Shown here in pieces: positions 1-9,531 of a stretch of 64,000 nt of DNA. Made by a program: the position numbers and the translations under genes. The stretch spans positions 80,405 to 144,404 of the IMG/VR virus record IMGVR_UViG_3300047567_000058; one strand, written 5' to 3'. Position 1 is the stretch's first letter. Every line of letters starts with the position of its first letter. The stretch comes from a virus (lineage: Duplodnaviria > Heunggongvirae > Uroviricota > Caudoviricetes). The notes under the pieces are model-generated. The model did not search any database. It was not told the origin of the DNA and saw only the letters and a program-made list of their open reading frames with translations.

Positions 1-1810
1 TCTTCTCGGAATCGGAGATGGCTTTGTAGCGGGTCTTCAGCTGCTCGATCTCTCCTTCGAGGGACGTGATCGACTGCAGATCCTCCAATCCTTTCTTGGC
101 TGACGAGATGACCGATTGCGCCAAAGCGTTGAGATCATTGATCGGCTTTTGAAGCGTCTTGGAGAAAGTCGTCTTTGACTGAGCCACGAAATACGCGATG
201 ATAGGATTCTCGCGAGGTTTCATGGCTGAATAATAGATCGCGAATTCATCGTATAGGTGAACGATCTCAGACAGACGGTCGGCCGCGCGTTGGTCTTCTT
301 TGAGAAGCGCTTTGGCGTCGTAGATCTCCTTATCCAGAGTTTTTAGCTCAGACGGAAGATTGACGTATTTAAGCGCGTCGCTGATAAACGGGCAGCTGTC
401 GATCGTGCACGCCAATGGGCGTTTGTTCAGGATCTCGAGCTTCGTCAGATTGGCGCTCTTGGTCCCGTATTCGGAATTCTTCGTGTCTATGATGGACTGC
501 CGCCCGTCTATCGCATCGCGCCGATCTTTGGTAAGATGCTGGATGGTGTCTTTGAATCCGGCGTCGAAGAATTCTTCGACGTTGGCCATAGCCGGAGAGA
601 TATCGTGCTCATTGAGATCTTTGTAATGCGACACGGAGTATGAGATGAACTCCTCGAATCTTGCGAGATACGCCGGGATGTCTTTCTCGCGTCCCTTGAT
701 CGTCGGGATCATGAAATTGACGGCGACGCGATTCTCGGCGTCGGCTTTGTTCTTCTCATCCGCCTTGATTTTGGCGTCAAGCGATGTAAGATCTCCTGTC
801 TCCATTCCGACGAGCTTCAGCTTAGCCTTGGCGACGTCGTTCTGGTACATCGAGATCAGTTTGTTGGAATTTTCTTTGGCGGCTTCCTGAATCTTGATAT
901 CGGCTTCCGATTTTGAAATGTCGGCTCTGAGCCCGGTTGCTTTAACGGCGCAATCGTCAAGGCTCATGTCGTGATAATCCGATTCGAATTTCTGCTGGGC
1001 TATGGCGTATGCCTTGAGAGTCTCCAGATCGCTTTGCAGCTTCTCTGAGGATTCGGCGAAGTTGATCTTCGCCATCGCTTCGGAGAGCTCGGCGTTCTTG
1101 CTTTCAAGAACGGCTTTCTTTCCGGTGTAATTCAAGATCGCCTTGTCGGCGTTGTCGATGCCTAGCTTGAATTGCGCTATGGACGCCTCTAAGACCTTGC
1201 GGTCCTGAAACTTCTTGAGCGAAACTCCGATGTCGTCGATTCTGTCTTTCGACACTTTGAACTTGGCGGTGGCTTCGACGTATGCCGCTTGGTATTTTCC
1301 TACAGACGGAATGAGCCTTGAGAAGAACTCCTTCCGCTCGGTAGTTGTCAGATTGATGAAGCTTTGCGTATTGGTCCCGACTTTGCCGATCTGAAAATAA
1401 TCTTTGGTGATTCCGAATTTGTCTTTGATGACGTCTTCGAACGTGCGGACCGTTCCGCTTGGATTGAGCTCAATGCCGTTTTCCTGGATGAAGCATGACA
1501 CCGTTCCTCCGGTGGCTTTGAGATCGGCTGGATAGATGTGCTGAATCGTATATCTGCAGCCATCGTCTCCTAGAATGTCGATCTCTTTGCGCCCTTCCTT
1601 GTGCTCGACGATGAGATCCTTGCGATCATCGAAAGAATCCTTATACGGCTGCAGCTGAGACATGATCGTCGATTTGCCTGACCCATTCTGGCCAGACAGC
1701 ATCGTGATCTTATTCTTGCCGTCGGTAGGGAAATTGATTTCGACCTCATCTCGGTTCATGCCGTGCTTGATGCCGATGAAATTGACTAACTTAAGTCTGG
1801 TTATCCTCAC
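1..1810 (-). CDS. sbcC: SbcC/Rad50-like ATPase (runs off left edge)
   Basis: GTG start at 1810; MRITRLKLVNFIGIKHG...Walker A GQNGSGKST, long coiled coil, zinc-hook-like CTIDSCPF; same frame still coding-like at position 1. Not in ORF track (no stop in window). Confidence 0.88.
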   Translation of the reverse strand, partial: MRITRLKLVNFIGIKHGMNRDEVEINFPTDGKNKITMLSGQNGSGKSTIMSQLQPYKDSFDDRKDLIVEHKEGRKEIDILGDDGCRYTIQHIYPADLKATGGTVSCFIQENGIELNPSGTVRTFEDVIKDKFGITKDYFQIGKVGTNTQSFINLTTTERKEFFSRLIPSVGKYQAAYVEATAKFKVSKDRIDDIGVSLKKFQDRKVLEASIAQFKLGIDNADKAILNYTGKKAVLESKNAELSEAMAKINFAESSEKLQSDLETLKAYAIAQQKFESDYHDMSLDDCAVKATGLRADISKSEADIKIQEAAKENSNKLISMYQNDVAKAKLKLVGMETGDLTSLDAKIKADEKNKADAENRVAVNFMIPTIKGREKDIPAYLARFEEFISYSVSHYKDLNEHDISPAMANVEEFFDAGFKDTIQHLTKDRRDAIDGRQSIIDTKNSEYGTKSANLTKLEILNKRPLACTIDSCPFISDALKYVNLPSELKTLDKEIYDAKALLKEDQRAADRLSEIVHLYDEFAIYYSAMKPRENPIIAYFVAQSKTTFSKTLQKPINDLNALAQSVISSAKKGLEDLQSITSLEGEIEQLKTRYKAISDSEK

Positions 1811-1854
1811 GATGGTACCTTCTTTCTAGCGAATACAGTTTAGGCTTGCGCCGA

Positions 1855-2742
1855 CTATTTTGCAACTAGGAAATCCATCGCGCTGGAAACCAGAGTGCTC
1901 TTGATCGATTCGGAGTCGTAGTCCCCAAGGTCGAATGCCTTGACGAATGCGTCCGCGTATCTGAAGATATCTTTTAGAACGGTTCCGGCGAAGTCGGACG
2001 ATCTGCGATACGAGAACCAGACCTTGATGATCTTTGATTCCCACTCATGATACATATGATGAGTCCCCATGATATAAATCGGGCAATCGTTTTTGATGAT
2101 GGCCGTTTTGGTATCGAAGAACCCATGGACGGAGACGTATGCGCCGCTCTTCGAGAATCCGACCAGCACGCGATACACTATCCCCGTTTGCTTTTTGCTT
2201 CTGGCGACGACGTCTGGATTGACGTAGATGTCGGCGTTGCCAAATCCATTCGAGTTCATGATCGGATGGCTCGCCGAATTGGTCTGGTCGGCTTTGATCC
2301 GATATGGGAGCGGCATGCTGACTTTATTCCATTTGCCGTCCTGAGCTTTGCTGATGATTTTTGGCATCAGGCTAGCGATGTCGACCGGGTCTCCAGTGGC
2401 TTCAAGGGTCTTCGGATATGGATCGCTGTCGTCTTTCCTCTTTCTCGCGATCCCGACGCAATCGGACACGCTGTCATGGAACATCCCGTTGTAATTGGAT
2501 CGCATCGAGACGTCCTCGACGCACTTCCCGGCGCGGTTCCCGCGGTATCCTAAGACGACGTTGTAGATATTGCACGCATCCGGATACGATGGCTTTAGCT
2601 TTTCCGGGGCCGGATTGAAAACCGCGATGACCGTCCGGTTGACGATGTAATCTAAGACTGTTGTTTTGCAGTTTTTATGGAGATCGTCGCTATAATACGG
2701 ATATGCTGGCTTGGCTGCAACGGATTTATTATCCTTTTTCAT
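1855..2742 (-). CDS. hypothetical protein
   Basis: Track ORF 1855..2892 trimmed to ATG 2742 (MKKDNKSV) with SD GAAAGGA; the upstream part overlaps tRNA-Leu. Confidence 0.75.
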   Translation of the reverse strand: MKKDNKSVAAKPAYPYYSDDLHKNCKTTVLDYIVNRTVIAVFNPAPEKLKPSYPDACNIYNVVLGYRGNRAGKCVEDVSMRSNYNGMFHDSVSDCVGIARKRKDDSDPYPKTLEATGDPVDIASLMPKIISKAQDGKWNKVSMPLPYRIKADQTNSASHPIMNSNGFGNADIYVNPDVVARSKKQTGIVYRVLVGFSKSGAYVSVHGFFDTKTAIIKNDCPIYIMGTHHMYHEWESKIIKVWFSYRRSSDFAGTVLKDIFRYADAFVKAFDLGDYDSESIKSTLVSSAMDFLVAK

Positions 2743-2769
2743 AAGTGTCCTTTCACCCCAATCGAGGGG

Positions 2770-2803
2770 AAATAAAAATAAAATCCCGGATGCTGTCCGG
2801 GAT
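2770..2803 (-). terminator. intrinsic terminator after tmRNA/tRNA-Leu
   Basis: Hairpin ATCCCGGA/TCCGGGAT followed on minus strand by a T-rich tract. Confidence 0.7.
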
Positions 2804-2813
2804 ATCGAACGCA

Positions 2814-2898
2814 TGGTGCGCGAAACTGGAGTTGAACCAGCATGCTTTTGGGGCAGCGGCTTCTGAGACCGCAGCGTATACCATTTCGCCATTCGCGC
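2814..2898 (-). tRNA. tRNA-Leu(CAG)
   Basis: Cloverleaf, loop CTCAGAA, long variable arm, encoded CCA. Confidence 0.93.
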
Positions 2899-2899
2899 A

Positions 2900-3312
2900 T
2901 GGTGGACCTGAGGGGAATCGAACCCCTGTCCGAAGGTTCCATCAAATAGTCACTACAGCTTGTTTGGCGTTTGTAATCACGGCGCATCTACGCCAACGGA
3001 ACTGACGCCGTGATAGCAATCGGCGATAACCGTTTTCCGTTCCCGTTTGCCATGGGACCGGAAGCGTCGGTCTTTTTGTGACGTCACTCCCCGCGTTGGA
3101 GACGTAAACAACGCGGATGACGTGCCATCGGTCCCGCAGGATCGACGAGCCCCAGACTAGCTGAGGTCTACGCCTTAGGCAGCGTAGGCATAGCTACGGC
3201 TTGCGCCGTAGTTATAATGATAACCGTTAGCGATTATTGGGCTTGGTGTATTAGGCTCACCGGGCCGCTGCGACTAAGATCTGGTCGCCTCCGTCAAAAC
3301 CTGGGCAGGCCC
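2900..3312 (-). ncRNA. ssrA: tmRNA; tag ANGYHYNYGASRSYAYAA*
   Basis: 5' GGGCCTG pairs with 3' CAGGTCC-A-CCA with G3.U70; T-arm GGTTCGATTCC; TTTGACGG near 5' end; ATAATC then GCT resume codon and an 18-codon tag ending YAYAA-TAA. Confidence 0.93.
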
Positions 3313-3658
3313 GACAGAGAATGGTTTGATGCGGTGTTTTCCTTCGCCGTCGTTTCCCTTCCGCAGAGCCTCAGCACGCCTTTGGCACTAGAATGTCGCC
3401 GGCGCACCTAGCTGTTTTTGCATGGAACCGAATAATTGATTTATGGACATCGATGCAGTCATATGCGGAGTTTTCTGAGCCAGTCCACGCCGTTTTACGA
3501 GCGCTCCTTGTGACTCAGCGTTCCGTGTTTTCTCACGGGGCTTGATCTCGGTTATCACGCCAAGAATCGGCCTGCCTTTGTGATATCGGCGCAGGCAATC
3601 GCGCCTAATCTGACCACCATCGGCCGTATCGCCGGCCGATGATGCAATCATTCGAAAT

Positions 3659-3735
3659 TGGTTGCGGGAGTGAGAGTCGAACCCACTATTTTCAGCTTAT
3701 GAGGCTGATAGGATACCCGGTTCCGTATACCCGCT
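3659..3735 (-). tRNA. tRNA-Met(CAT), initiator-like
   Basis: Loop CTCATAA; fMet-like acceptor (A)GCGGG/CCCGCA-A-CCA with 1:72 mismatch. Confidence 0.85.
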
Positions 3736-3741
3736 TGTATT

Positions 3742-3770
3742 ATGATACAGCGAGTTTCGCGTTAAATCAA
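3742..3770 (-). promoter_or_regulatory. sigma-A/70-like promoter for tRNA-Met/tmRNA unit
   Basis: TTGATT-N17-TATCAT just upstream of tRNA-Met. Confidence 0.65.
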
Positions 3771-4705
3771 TGCCAAGGATACGTATCGAGAATCTTCTTG
3801 ACGACCTTGACGACGGAATCGTCGTTGAGGATATCCTTGACAGGAGGGATGTAGAAGTTCATCTGGCCGGCGATTGCGCCAATGGTGTCGGTGAGCTTGT
3901 TCATGAGATCCTTGTCAAGAGCATCGCTGATGATGAGCGCCGCGGCCAATTGGTCAGACGTGATCTTGGTAGCAGCGACCGGGGCAGGCGCCGGAGCGGG
4001 ATTAGCCACCTGGGAGCTAGCCTGAGTCTGAGCCGTCGCTTGGGCTGGGGTTGATGCCGCGACCGGAAGCTGAGCCGGAATGGTAACGTTGCCAGACGCA
4101 TCGACGATCTCAAGGCGGGCACGGACGTCATTTGACAGAGCGGTGTCGTTGCAATTGATATCCTCGATGGACTCTTCGGTCCCTTTGCAGATGCAATTGC
4201 ATTCCTGGCATATGCGCTGGATATCTGCTTTGGTGATGTCATCGAAGGTGCATTTGTCACAGTTGTTGTTGCCATACGCCGCTTTGCAGTGGTGGCAATA
4301 GACGTTTCCATCTTCCGGGATGTATGCGCGAAGCGCGTCTTTGTCATCGAAATAGAGAACGAATGCAATCGGGCATTCCCAATCGCCTCCGGCAGTAACC
4401 CATAAAACGTTGGTGCCTCCGATGTCTTCGAACGCGGCGCTCTCGACGGAGCAGTTATCTGATCCGTCAGGACGGCCGATATCGAGGTTCTCGAAGTCGA
4501 ATTGGATCTTCTGAAGGTCTTTCATAGTCTGAAAGAAATCGCAGCATGAGAACACCATGTAACTGATATCAGTGAAGTTATTGCTGTATTGCTGGATGTC
4601 AGAAACGGAGCTACCTAAAGCATTTGCGTGGCTTTTGATGAACGCGGCATATTTGCTTTTGAAAATATCCGGAGTGACTCCGGCTTGGATCTTGCGATTT
4701 GGCAT
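3767..4705 (-). CDS. hypothetical protein (AGGDWE...RAYIP..GN motif, Cys cluster, Ala/Pro linker)
   Basis: 312 aa ORF, SD-like AAGGA upstream. Confidence 0.75.
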   Translation of the reverse strand: MPNRKIQAGVTPDIFKSKYAAFIKSHANALGSSVSDIQQYSNNFTDISYMVFSCCDFFQTMKDLQKIQFDFENLDIGRPDGSDNCSVESAAFEDIGGTNVLWVTAGGDWECPIAFVLYFDDKDALRAYIPEDGNVYCHHCKAAYGNNNCDKCTFDDITKADIQRICQECNCICKGTEESIEDINCNDTALSNDVRARLEIVDASGNVTIPAQLPVAASTPAQATAQTQASSQVANPAPAPAPVAATKITSDQLAAALIISDALDKDLMNKLTDTIGAIAGQMNFYIPPVKDILNDDSVVKVVKKILDTYPWH

Positions 4706-4737
4706 AATTTTTTTATTTTTCCTTAAAGCCCGCAGGC

Positions 4738-5415
4738 TTACTTCTTGGCATCGCCGTTATACGCGGCGTGCATCTCTTTGACGTCTTCGTCAAGGATCGA
4801 TTTCATCTCTTCGCATCTAGCCTCGATGTCATTGTATTGATCGGTGACGCCTGAGATGAAGTCCTTCCCGCATTTGACGTGGAGGGCGCAATATAGAAGA
4901 ATCCCGGAAACGATCGCGAACGCCGCCGCCGGGGCGATGAGATACCAGACGTCTTTTCTGATGACGGCCGCCGCGATGATCAGCGCGATCGCCGCTAGCG
5001 CGATGACCCCGGCCGAGATGTAAAGAGCCACTCTGGAGCGGCGCTTCTTCGTTACGGCTTTCGGATCGATGATCGTATAAAGATAATCGGCTTCGTCTTT
5101 CGCCTCGGAATAATGGCTCTCATAGAGATGGTATTCGCGCTCGGCGGCATACACCTCAGGATGCTTCACTCTGGTGAATTTGAGATCGACTTGCTCGTAT
5201 ACGACGTTTCTTTGGACGTATCCTTCGTCGTCAACGAAATACTTCGACGGCTTGCTGCTTGTCTTGAACTTCTGAGATTCAAGCTTTCATCCGAATTGGG
5301 ACAGATACTCGATCTTGGCATCGGCTTCTTTGACCGGGAGGTTGATATCCATGGTCTCGACAACCGGAGTCTTAGCCGCAACCAATGGTGGTTGGGCTGA
5401 ATCTTGCTGTGGCAT
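4738..5415 (-). CDS. two-TM membrane protein interrupted by one in-frame TGA (5287-5289)
   Basis: ATG 5415 (MPQQDS...YLSQFG*KLESQKFK...VKHPEVY) is in frame with track ORF 4738..5169; single TGA at codon 43. Confidence 0.7.
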
Positions 5416-5600
5416 AATTTTTATTTTTTTCCTTTCGGTGCACCAGAAAGCCGCCCCAGTTATACTGCGGGGCGGCCGGTCAGTGATCGCGGCTTACGGA
5501 ATCGCACCGTAATTTTCGTTGTAAGGGCTGGCGTGCACGATCTGCCTGCCCGCAACACGATGAGCTTATGCAGCTCTTTGCCGCAACTACATTATACTAG

Positions 5601-6281
5601 TCATTCGATGAACATGTATATGCGGCTGGGCTTAATGGTTCTGACGCCGTTTTTGTTTTTGCTCATCGCGGATCCGATGATCCTAGCCATCGCTTCGTAT
5701 TCGGCTAACGTCATCGACGTCACGTTCTTCGGCCACGGATAAACGTCTTTTGAGAATACCTGCTTGCGCGGCTTTGCCGTGTAAACAGTGACGATGCCGT
5801 GATGAGCCAATGACGCATTGACGTCTTTCGCCTTTAGAACGCCTGGATAATTTTCGGCATATTCTTCGATAGACTGCGTCCAGAACACGTCGAACAAGAT
5901 CTTAAGATTGGCGAGGTCCGTGATGTCGATGTCGACGCTTCCTTCGGCCCATTCTCTCAAACTGGCTATTCCGGCATCGTCTAAGCAGACGACTCCGCTA
6001 TTGCGGTCTTGCCCATAATCTTCAGGCATGTCAGTTCCAAAGAAGATCTTATAGGATTCGGTATTCTCGAACGACACGCCATCCTCCTCATGCAGCAAAG
6101 CGTCGGCCGCAAACCTCTGATGAGTTTTGTAGCTTTCGATGTCTGCCGATTTGGACTTGATGAATTCGAGCACTTTGTTTGCGGCTTCGATCGACGATGC
6201 CGTATACGCGGACCAGTGCCAATATCCGGCGGCAATGTTCTTGCCTCCTTCTTTGATGGTGATAACTAATCTTTGGCCCAT
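5601..6281 (-). CDS. hypothetical protein (MGQRLVI...YWHWSAYT)
   Basis: 226 aa ORF with GGAGG SD. Confidence 0.8.
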   Translation of the reverse strand: MGQRLVITIKEGGKNIAAGYWHWSAYTASSIEAANKVLEFIKSKSADIESYKTHQRFAADALLHEEDGVSFENTESYKIFFGTDMPEDYGQDRNSGVVCLDDAGIASLREWAEGSVDIDITDLANLKILFDVFWTQSIEEYAENYPGVLKAKDVNASLAHHGIVTVYTAKPRKQVFSKDVYPWPKNVTSMTLAEYEAMARIIGSAMSKNKNGVRTIKPSRIYMFIE

Positions 6282-6292
6282 ATCAGACCTCC

Positions 6293-7618
6293 TTAAAGAA
6301 TCAAGTCCATCATCACCGAATTAAATTGTTCGATGGTCATGACTTTCTGCTCATCTACCAGCATGCGTTTTAGATCATCCTGGCCGCCTTTGGTGAAGTC
6401 AAGGATTAGCAGACCCTGGCTTGTGGTTTCATCCCCATAGCCTCCGCCGCCTCCACGGTAGTCCTTATCCAAAAGGTTTCCCATATTGATGACGAGTCTG
6501 TCGACGGTCTTGCCATCTCCGTAATACGATGAGTTGGGAATGCCCATGACTTCGAATCCGGGGAGAGTCTTGACGATTGCTGATTTTAGGAAGATCGTCT
6601 CGTTGCAGTTAAAGTACATATACGGATTGGTGTTTTCTTTGCCGGATCTGCCGGACCCGAATGACCTAAATCCTCCGCCGCGCTCTCTCTGGCGAACATA
6701 ACGATAGAACTTGATCATCCCAGGCATGGCCGCGAACTTAGACTCTGTATAGGCCTTCGACACCTTCGGATGCTTATTGTCGGAGCCGATGAATATGCCT
6801 TCCTTGATCTTATGAGGAAGGTAGGTCTTGTCTTCTGAGACGATCTCGGAATGGCCGCTTTTGTCTAGCCTTGTTTCGAGGCCGGCGATGTCTGGGTCGT
6901 ATCCTGTCGTGATAGACACCCCGTTGGAGCAGGCGATGATGTTGTTGATGGCGTCATCCTCCTTCTTCATCGTCAAATACGCATGGTCGATCATCTTGTC
7001 GTATTGGCTGTAGGCATCTTTAAGATGCTCGCTTCCATAAAACACCTTGGCTATAGTCTCGTGTATCTTGGCCTTGAGGGCTGCGCTGTCTCCGATGCAG
7101 CTCTTCGGAAGCTCATCGACGACATGAAGCCCTCTTCGATAATTCTCCATCGACTTGAACGAGAATGCCGGAAGATCGAGATCTTCGATGCTGTTCTGAA
7201 GCGACGATCTGATCTTGTCGTGGAAGTCATAATACGGATTGACGGCGATCAGATCCCCGTAGGCGTCGTTGATAAGGCCTCCGTTGATGCCGACCATGCA
7301 AAACCTGATCTTGCCCCAGGCCAATCCGTTGGTGATCATGTCGTTTGCGCGGCCTTGGTTGCATCCGACGGAATCGAGAATCGTGTTGACTTGCTTGTAC
7401 AGAGGCTCAAGCGTCCCGATCTGGGCTTGGACGACTTTGCCCTTTCCGTTGTAAGGCATGATCTTCCCGGTGCCGGAATCGACCATGACCATCGGAACTT
7501 CAGGATGGGCTTTGAGCGTATTGTAGAATAAATCGGCGAGCTCCTTAGTAAGATCGCGTTCGATCTTCCTGCACTCATTCTGATGAGACAGATATTCGTC
7601 TATTACTGAATTGTCCAT
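6293..7618 (-). CDS. hypothetical protein
   Basis: 441 aa ORF, coding-like composition. Confidence 0.8.
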   Translation of the reverse strand: MDNSVIDEYLSHQNECRKIERDLTKELADLFYNTLKAHPEVPMVMVDSGTGKIMPYNGKGKVVQAQIGTLEPLYKQVNTILDSVGCNQGRANDMITNGLAWGKIRFCMVGINGGLINDAYGDLIAVNPYYDFHDKIRSSLQNSIEDLDLPAFSFKSMENYRRGLHVVDELPKSCIGDSAALKAKIHETIAKVFYGSEHLKDAYSQYDKMIDHAYLTMKKEDDAINNIIACSNGVSITTGYDPDIAGLETRLDKSGHSEIVSEDKTYLPHKIKEGIFIGSDNKHPKVSKAYTESKFAAMPGMIKFYRYVRQRERGGGFRSFGSGRSGKENTNPYMYFNCNETIFLKSAIVKTLPGFEVMGIPNSSYYGDGKTVDRLVINMGNLLDKDYRGGGGGYGDETTSQGLLILDFTKGGQDDLKRMLVDEQKVMTIEQFNSVMMDLIL

Positions 7619-7659
7619 ATAGAAATTATTTTATTTTTTCCTTTCTTTGAAGCCCGGCG

Positions 7660-8235
7660 TCAGATCTGAAGATCTACCGTCAGCTCATCGGCCTGCATAG
7701 ATAGATCCTCGCTTCCGAGATTCTTGATATCGTCGAGCGATAGCTTGGCGTCTTTGTCGGTCCCTGAATAAAACGACGCCACGACTTGCTCGGTCGATTC
7801 CCTGACGATGGCGACGACGACTTTAGGCTTGAAGTCTTCCGCAGACGACGATCGGCTTGTCATCAGCGTCATCAACATAAGGACGTTGTTCGATGGATCG
7901 AAACGCCTGCAGATTACGCTAAGGCCTTTCTCGTTGGATTTGAAGAAGTCCTTGCCGATCATCCAATTGCGCCATCTGATGTATCCCATCGATTCCAGAT
8001 CCTTGTAGATGATGCTTGACGAGATGTCGTCGAACGAGACTTTTAGCTCTTTGGAGCTGCCTTCGCTGTCTCGGACGTCCATCCATTTGCATTTTAGCTC
8101 AGTTCCTTCTTCGTCTTCGCGGCCGTATGTCTTGACCGAAATCACGTCTGGGTAGGATTTGATTAGTTTTTTAAGCTCGTCGTCTTCGCTTACAGATTCC
8201 ATGATCTGCTTGATGGTGAATCCTTTGCTGTCCAT
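7660..8235 (-). CDS. hypothetical protein, paralog of 8255..8776
   Basis: 191 aa ORF; shares DL..xGY..WR.WMI.K.F and C-terminal motifs with neighbour. Confidence 0.8.
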   Translation of the reverse strand: MDSKGFTIKQIMESVSEDDELKKLIKSYPDVISVKTYGREDEEGTELKCKWMDVRDSEGSSKELKVSFDDISSSIIYKDLESMGYIRWRNWMIGKDFFKSNEKGLSVICRRFDPSNNVLMLMTLMTSRSSSAEDFKPKVVVAIVRESTEQVVASFYSGTDKDAKLSLDDIKNLGSEDLSMQADELTVDLQI

Positions 8236-8254
8236 AGCGATCTCCTTTCTAAAA

Positions 8255-8776
8255 TCAAATGCTAAGACTCATCGCGATCTGATCAGATTCGATGCTCAGC
8301 CTGTCGTTTCCTAGAAGCTTGATCTGATTAAGCGATATCTTGACATCTTCGAGATCTGGCGAACAGAACGATGCCCGTAGGCCTTTGTAGCGTATCGTAA
8401 TCAAAACGCTGGGGTTGTCCTTTGGAACCCCGCCCCAGCCAAGCACGTTCTCGATATCCGTTAGTGACGTAGTCGAATGTATGATATCTAAATCAATATG
8501 AATTCCTTTGGCGTTCCTCAAGAATTCCTTGCTGATCATCCAGTCGCGCCATTGGGCATAACCGGATTTCTTCAGATCTTCGATCACATCCGTCGCTGAG
8601 ATGTCATCAAGGCTGCTGGCATCGATGTAGCGTGTGCATGTATTCCAGAAGCATCTTGCTTGGCATTTTCTCTTATTGTCTAGCATGTACGCCTTGATAG
8701 TAATCATTTCTGGGGCGCCTTTTGGAGCTCTCTTTTCCGAGGCGATTCGGCGCAAAACAAAACCTTCGTCTTCCAT
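8255..8776 (-). CDS. hypothetical protein, paralog of 7660..8235
   Basis: 173 aa ORF; see neighbour. Confidence 0.8.
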   Translation of the reverse strand: MEDEGFVLRRIASEKRAPKGAPEMITIKAYMLDNKRKCQARCFWNTCTRYIDASSLDDISATDVIEDLKKSGYAQWRDWMISKEFLRNAKGIHIDLDIIHSTTSLTDIENVLGWGGVPKDNPSVLITIRYKGLRASFCSPDLEDVKISLNQIKLLGNDRLSIESDQIAMSLSI

Positions 8777-8965
8777 GATAGTATATGCCCTTTCCGACCT
8801 GGAAATATTTTAATTTTCTTGAGGCCTTAAACAACGAATTTCAAGCGCTTATTCTCCTACCCTTTTATTTCGCGCAGGCCTGTTGATCCTTGCCGCGTTT
8901 CCGTGGTCTGATCCGAGTTTCCCGGTCTTTAGCCGGTCCAAGGGTACAGGTCTTTAGTATCGTAT

Positions 8966-9053
8966 TGGCGGAAGGATAGGGGTTTGAACCCTAGAGGGAT
9001 TGCTCCCTGCCGGTTTTCAAGACCGGTGCCATCAACCACTCGGCCATCCTTCC
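8966..9053 (-). tRNA. tRNA-Ser(TGA)
   Basis: Loop CTTGAAA, long variable arm, G73-CCA. Confidence 0.93.
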
Positions 9054-9055
9054 AC

Positions 9056-9132
<77 letters not shown>

Positions 9133-9239
9133 GAACGAACGTTGAGCGGACTTACAATCGTCCTTCGCTCACGATTATTATATATCTTGTATCGGCAAAA
9201 TGACTACTACTATAAACTAATTTAGCGGTTGCTTTAATC

Positions 9240-9269
9240 AAAAAAAAGAACCGCATACGCGACTCTTAT
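9240..9269 (-). terminator. intrinsic terminator
   Basis: AAGAGTCGC-GTAT-GCGGTTCTT followed by a T run on minus strand. Confidence 0.6.
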
Positions 9270-9276
9270 TTTTAGA

Positions 9277-9373
9277 TGGTAGTCGGGGCGGGACTTTAAC
9301 CCACATTCACTGATTGTATCAGCTTTTACATTCAATTATAAGTTGAACTCTCTAAACATTGAGATACCCGACT
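9277..9373 (-). tRNA. atypical tRNA-Ile(TAT)-like, 97 nt
   Basis: Acceptor AGTCGGG/CCCGACT-A-CCA; anticodon arm TTCAA-CTTATAA-TTGAA; long variable region; T-loop TTAAAGT. Confidence 0.6.
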
Positions 9374-9377
9374 ATGC

Positions 9378-9453
9378 TGGTGGAACTTAGGGGGATCGGA
9401 CCCCTGACCTCCTGCTTGCAAAGCAGGCGCTCTCCCGGCTGAGCTAAAGCCCC
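9378..9453 (-). tRNA. tRNA-Ala(TGC)
   Basis: G3.U70, loop TTTGCAA, T-loop TCCGATC. Confidence 0.92.
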
Positions 9454-9531
9454 ATTAAGGCAAGCTATTGAGGGCTTGCCATTACCCTGCGCGTTTCTCG
9501 GCCTTTTGGGGTACCGCCCCTCTGGCCGATC

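Noticed and set aside
3313-3658. RNase P RNA or group I intron (also considered for 16693-17060)
   Set aside because: No GAGGAAAGTCC or terminal P4 motifs and no recognisable P7 core by eye.
8879-8950. SRP (4.5S) RNA
   Set aside because: Only loose resemblance (TCAG...GGAA); the conserved helix-8 CAGG/GAAGCAG loop is absent.
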